Assembly (NCBI GenBank): GCA_965240325.2
Contig: OZ251233.1
Coordinates: forward strand, 1,798,001-1,862,000
Direction: 5' to 3'
DNA length: 64,000 nt
Source: Rebecca billardiae RCC1528
Lineage: Eukaryota; Protista; Haptophyta
A model generated the notes under the pieces. It was not told where the DNA came from, made no database searches, and was given only the letters and a program-made list of their open reading frames with translations. Position 1 is the first letter of the stretch. Each line of letters opens with the position of its first letter. The translations under genes were made by a program, and so were the position numbers. Positions 59,401-64,000 of this stretch are shown here, piece by piece.

Positions 59401-60062
59401 TGCAGCCTGCGCTCGTGTCGTTCGCCCTCTGGTCGGCCGACGACAAGGCGGCTCTCAAAAAGTGGCTGACCGAGCAGAGCATCGGCGACCCGGCGGACCT
59501 CCTCGAGCGCGCCAAGGCGTTCAAGGCGCAGGTGATCGAGCAGAAGAAGCGGGACATCGATGCTGCCAAGGACGAGCTGCAGCGCCGCATCGCCGACGCG
59601 AAGGAGGGCGCGGCGGCCATGCTGGCCAAGGGCAAGAACGCATCTGGGGTCTACGGCGCGCTCAAGGCCAACATCAAGGACGCGAAGAAGTGGGCCAAGC
59701 ACGCCTTCTCGAGCGTGGGCGATTCGATCTTCAACCTGACCAACGCGACTGACGCGCCGGCCGACGACGCCGACGTCGACGCCGACGCGGCGCGCGAGGC
59801 GAACGCGACGCTGGTGCTGCTGCAGGCGCGCGCCGCCGCGCAGTCGCACGCCTCGCACTTCAGCGCCGCATCCGTCCTGCTCGTCGCCGGCGTCGCGCTG
59901 CCCGCGGCCGGCATCGCGCTCGCGCGGCGCCGCCGCGCGCGCGCAGAGACGTACGACTCGTACGTGGCGGCGAGCGAGCGCGCGCTCGCGCGCGGCATCG
60001 GCGCGTCGGTGCGGGGTGACGAGTCGCTGACGGTCTCCATCATGCGTGACGACCGCCTCTGA
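56469..60062 (+). CDS. Large Ala/Asp/Lys-rich type I membrane or surface protein (1197 aa) with helical repeats
   Basis: Signal peptide MRAFLLAAVAVGLANA, repeated amphipathic helices, C-terminal TM followed by RRRR; strong GC3 bias; intronless. Confidence 0.88.
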   Translation: MRAFLLAAVAVGLANAWDISSIDTSKIKDALSDPSKLQDSDAMKDLLKQQVEEAAESLKGHLFEQAKSWLGQLASAESQPSSASAVDAVLSAARADLNAFTFPGGGDMQKKMQDAAAAAKSKASDIMAGKGPTDEEAKKAVQDAADVAKEKIKELFGGSNPSADDAKQAVHDAEAAAEAEAEEVMEGEGAADASDVDAQRTMQDAADAAKAKVKEMFGGVTPTDEGAKEAMAEAEAKAEAKVKEIFGGRAPSADGMPSADDAAGAATEKAADAAGAASDAASAASDAAGAAARTAGAAASDAAAGASAGASAEVPNGADAAKAMQDAAAAAKAKVDEAAAAAMQLTPDEQSALDDLKQKINSMSEDTLGKAKGLLNDLKKAQQDAEKGDEDAADAEMKKVLDEAKQGIDVVPDNAGSTLTVPPKIESKLDELSKLVDGMPPAALAEAKDMVEAMQQAVSQHSAGDETGSRLAIGKALTDAKKALDAIAAKAKSDAALPALSTNLVSLSGLMGKLTDKMNKLTDEMGDEAPSSLTDKMKQIGAMGDSLGDGTLDQAKGLLDQLKGAAASEGGEDDTLSSALDKAMKALDSITGSLGSDGDDTPAADAAGGSFVALSPAAASAVRTVINMKSSSSRQAKSLADELGELTADDLAKAKDWLGELKAAADAKQQASNANSPELRAQAEEVAKAASDKAQQDAEAELESVEEAKAAGSSSAARDASALLDAAALVAAFDFGPFQAKANKLASKLHEMAPDAQEQAQGFLGDLKAAAEAKAAKASATTPEAKEAAKDALHQAMKAFGEKKEAALEAAKGAVGDAMGGGGAAAALVRFDLSDLTEKAKELSSKLSALSPDAQAKAHGWLDDLKEAADAKAKQMAAKGSQAREKAEQMAEAAKERAEQKAEAALEAAGSKAKRSAQAAEQAEAAVVEAAEEGAAGAAPAAASAPPSVDDAVVLIDDLSREVQSLRAQLKAMQASGVQPALVSFALWSADDKAALKKWLTEQSIGDPADLLERAKAFKAQVIEQKKRDIDAAKDELQRRIADAKEGAAAMLAKGKNASGVYGALKANIKDAKKWAKHAFSSVGDSIFNLTNATDAPADDADVDADAAREANATLVLLQARAAAQSHASHFSAASVLLVAGVALPAAGIALARRRRARAETYDSYVAASERALARGIGASVRGDESLTVSIMRDDRL

Positions 60063-62288
60063 TCACGAGCGCCGCGCGCGTAGCGCCGCAGCCGCGGCGA
60101 AGTGCCGCTGCTGCGGCCGGCGGGGCTGCATGGGCGGGGCGCCCTGCCTGCTCGTTCCCGCGCACGTTAATATTTAAGTCTGCCTGCACCCCATGTGTGG
60201 TCTTGCGTGGCGTCGCGGGCAGTGGGAGTCTGTGTCCCGACCTACGTCGCTGTTGCCGCCATTGGCGGCCAGCAACGGCAACCGCCGGGTACAGCCCGGC
60301 GTACACGGCCCGGCCGCCGTCCCGGCGCCACGGCGGCGCCCCCGGCGGGCTGAGGGGGCTGGGGCTCGTGAACTTAGGCGGCCACGCCCGCACGCGCCCG
60401 CGGCACAGCGGCGTGAGCGTCTCGACTCTCGTCACAGTCGTAATAACTGAGACAGTCGTCAGTCAGCAATCACGGCGGCGTCAGAGGCGCACACTATTGA
60501 TGACAATAGTAATAGTTATAGTGACTCAGTATTGACGACATACGCAGTAAGCCTACGGCCGCATCACTCACTAGCCTACGGTCCGCGGCGACCGTTGGCG
60601 TTGACCTGCTCCGTCCGGACCGTCCTGGCGCTGGCTCCTGCTGACCAGTGCTCGGACCGTCAGAATCATCCGAGATCACTCGGGTAAGATGGCGACGAAC
60701 TCTCAGTCTCACTCGTCTCAGCAGCAGGTGCGTAGCAGCCGAGTTTAATGCTGATGGATTTTATTAATAATCAGCAGCAGTCGTCGTCATCATCAGCAAA
60801 GCGTGATCATCGGCGCGCGTTTTTCGGCGCCGCCGCACTCAGCCTCGCCCTCAGGCTCAGCCGCTGACTAGTCAGCCGCTCAGCCGCGCGCTCAACCGGG
60901 CCCCGCGAGTCGGCGGCGAGACTGCGACCGCCCGACGGCCGCGGGCCGAAAGCTCGGGGCGAGGCCGCCATGCTTGCGCCGCGCCAAAGCATGATGACGA
61001 CAGCTCGACCCACCGTGCTCATCGCCCGACGACGTTGCCATCACGTGTCTTGTATCGTCGCTTGGCTGACTGCCATCGGCCAGCCGTCGGAAACTGCAGT
61101 CCCCGTCGAGGTCAATAGCCACAGAAACGACGTGGTAGAACGCAATTAGAGGAGAGTGCACAGCAAGCCCTCAAGAGTATCCGAGAGAGTAGTCTGCGGG
61201 GTCTGCTGTCCATGTCACCCTGCTCACTTCCCAAAGGTTGTGCCCTGAAGGCGTTGTTGGTGCCACCACAATCGCTGGGGGCTGTAGCCTTTTCAATTTC
61301 TCGTCGTGTGAGGCGTGCATGAGCTGCAGGTCGGTGTGCCGCATCGCGTCGGCAACTGTCGCTGGCTCGTGCGCATGGATACCCGCCGCCATCCGGTGCA
61401 TCCTGTTCTCAAAGTTCCGATGGTGGTGATGGGCCTTCTCCAATTCCACCACCATCTGCACGCCCTGCTCCGCGGCCTCCCCCATCGTGATCACAATTCG
61501 CGCCGGCCAATGACTCGGGAGTCGGTCATGATCGGAGATCAGTCGGGACGAAAGACAGGACGATTCACGAATCACGATTCTCACTATTACTGGTACTGCT
61601 GTTTCATGGGCGGTGACAGTTGGCGGGCGTCAATCTCGCCTGCCTGAGCGAGACGCACACAGCTCAGGCAGGCGAGATACCTGGTATTGTGATCAAGGGG
61701 GCTCCCTGGCGACAGCACAGTCCGGCCAGCACCATCATGCCGATTCATGACCGATGAGACGGTAACGGTTAAGACGATTGGCCACGGGCCATCGTCTTCA
61801 CTGGCTCACAGCCAGTCTAGGCCCGCGCGAGGCGCGCGCCGAACTGTGGCCTGCATGTCCGCTGTCCCGGCCGGTCCGGCGACGAATCATAATCGGCGTC
61901 ATCCCGCAGTACTCAGTAGGCCGCCGCGCAGTCGGTCAGTGATATTATTCACTCAATTCAGGCGGAGATCCTAGTGATGACGGTCCGAGTGATATGCTGA
62001 TGATGAGTCATTGAGCCAGTCAGATGAGACGCAGATCCGAATCGGTGTGACAGTGAACTGTCACACCGCGCTGTCCCTGTCACCTGTGTCTGTGATCGCC
62101 GACCCTGGTCTTGTTGAGTTGTGACTGCTGTGAAGTCGTCAGAATGATCGAATATATATATAAGAATTATATTAATGTGACTGCTATCTAGTCTCACTAG
62201 TCACTAGACACGACTAGCATTGATGTCCAGTGTGAGTCTGACTCTGACACTGCCGCCGGTGTGGCCCGATGTCATCGCATCACGATCA

Positions 62289-63978
62289 TCATTTTGCCGG
62301 CGCTGCGTTGCCGTGCAGCTGCCTGAGCGTCTGCAGCACGCTCGGGTCGACGTCTTTGAGCAGCACCTCCTCGTAGTCCGTGCCGAGCACGTGCACCTTC
62401 TTCTTGGTGCGCTCGTTGAGGAAGTTGCTGATCACGCTCCACACCATCGGGAAGAAGAAGGGCGCGTTGATGAAGTAGAGGGTGGCCAGGGACTCCGGGT
62501 ACATCGAGGTGCACGTGCTGATGATCTGCTGCACCGTCGAGACCGCGCTCGCGTCCCTGAGCATCCACATGCCCATCCCGTGCAGGTCCTTGATCTGCAC
62601 CGACTGCACGAGCATCCCGGTCTCCACGGACATTTCGTCGATGATGATCTGGCGCAGCTCCGAGACCTGCGCGCGCGGCGGGGCGGGCGAGGCGGGCGAG
62701 GAGGCGCGCGCACGGCGGCGTCAGGCCCGCCCCTGCGCGGAGGCGGGCCACGCGCGCATGCGCACAGCCGAGAGCGCGAGCGAGCAAAGGCGCACGGCGG
62801 CGGCGCGCGCGCTTTTGGCCCTCCGCCGCCACTCGCGTGCGCCGCGGCGCGCGCGCGCGCACCCCGAGCATGAACTCAAAGAACCGGTCGGCGCCGACGT
62901 CATCCATGAGCTCACGCAGCCGTATCTGGCCCACCGGGTCGACGGAGACGACGTGGCCGTGGCGCGAGAGCCCGCAGTCCAGCTGTATCGGGTACACCTT
63001 GTACACCTCGCGCCCGTGCGGCATCTCGTCGGCCGTGAGCGAGCACTTGAGAATCTTCTCACGGATGCTCTCGACGTCGTGCTGTCTGCGCGTCGCGAGC
63101 ATCGCGCGGTACGCCGCGACGGCCTGCGGCACGGAGTGGCTGTACCCGCGGAGGAAGCGCAGCAGCTTGATATCGCCCGACACGTCGTCGTACTGCGGGA
63201 ACTCCTCTAGGTCGGAGGCGAGCTCTATTCGCCTGCGCGAGGGAGGCGGCCGCGGCGGGGGAAGACGTGAGCGACAGGGTGTGGCCGCGCGCCGCGCGTG
63301 GCCGCGTGCGGCGGGAGATGGGGCGGGGCGGTGGCCGCGGAGCGCGCGAGGTGGCGCGCACATGCGCGTGAGCAGCGGCGCCTCGTCCGTGGTGGTGAGC
63401 GGCAGCACGTCGAGCGTGTCGAGCTGCTGCGAGGTGCACGTGGCGAGCTGCTGGCTGTCGCCATGGCTCGGCATCAGCTGCTGCAGCCGCTCGCCGCGCG
63501 ACGAGCGGCGGCGCGGCGTGATGACGTTGAGCACCTCGTGCTCGATCTGCGGCCCTTGCAGCGCACCCAGCGTCACCTGCCGCTCGAGCGTTCCGCCACC
63601 GGGCTGCAGAGAGCCCATGCCTCGCGAGAAGGAGTGCGCCGCGCGACGCAAGCCGGTGCCCGGCGATGGGCCGCTGGCCGGGTGCCCGCTGCTGTCGTCG
63701 GGGGGAGGGTCGACGGCCAGCGGGCCTGCGAGTTTGGGTTCGCTCGTCGTGTCGACGTCCACCCTCCTCTCGGCCACTGAGAGCACGCCGGCGACGTGCG
63801 GCAGCGCCGAGCTCGCTCTCGCCGCTTCTGCATCGCGAGACGCCTGCTGGCTCGAGCGGCACAGGAGGCGTTCGATGCGCACCACGAGGTACACGACGCG
63901 TAGGATGAGATATGTCACCAGCACCAGCCCGATGTCCGTGAGCTTCACGCCCGATTCGCCGACAACCCACCACTGCAT
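62289..63978 (-). CDS. SEC14/CRAL-TRIO lipid-binding protein with N-terminal TM; exons 63978-63362, 63232-62863, 62666-62289 (454 aa)
   Basis: LLRFLRG, IKDLHG, YPESLATLYFINAPFFF..VWSVISNFLNERTKKKV; two GT-AG introns keep frame. The start may lie further upstream. Confidence 0.9.
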
Positions 63979-64000
63979 CGTCGGCGGCGCCGACGAGTGC

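Noticed and set aside
55914-59858. 1314-aa and 1146-aa minus-strand ORFs, and similar antisense ORFs over urease, the esterase and the LRR kinase
   Set aside because: Shadow ORFs of GC3-rich sense genes, with no recognisable domains.
61171-61485. His-rich 104-aa ORF
   Set aside because: No recognisable motif and weak codon bias; cannot be supported without expression data.

Overview
High-GC eukaryotic nuclear DNA with spliceosomal GT-AG introns that often carry (CG)n runs. The gene set and composition suggest a microalga, possibly a haptophyte; this is an inference and was not verified. Host genes: a C2H2 zinc-finger protein, PCNA, a carboxylesterase, a head-to-head ureG/urease pair, DONSON, a multi-TM protein with a degenerate TIR-like domain, an internally duplicated membrane protein, SNF8/Vps22, an ER saposin-like protein, a sulfotransferase, a bestrophin-like channel, an Orai-like 4-TM protein, a 2OG-Fe(II) oxygenase, an LRR-kinase, a large Ala-rich type I membrane protein and a SEC14 protein. 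The ureG-urease block (~3.7 kb) recurs near-identically in inverted orientation ~40 kb away; the second urease is intact and the second ureG is broken. Intergenic DNA is dense with non-autonomous TIR elements and repeats anchored at (TA)n tracts. The most unusual structure spans ~20.5-24.2 kb: an intronless NCLDV/herpesvirus-type primase-polymerase gene (AEP domain plus UL52-like Zn finger) enclosed by ~430-bp inverted repeats that continue into arrays of ~100-bp units carrying iterated TGTTAC motifs. It sits inside a larger repeat element, and a relative of that element with different internal sequence lies immediately downstream. It may be an undescribed primase-carrying mobile or replicating element. 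All family assignments come from motif recognition by eye, not database searches.
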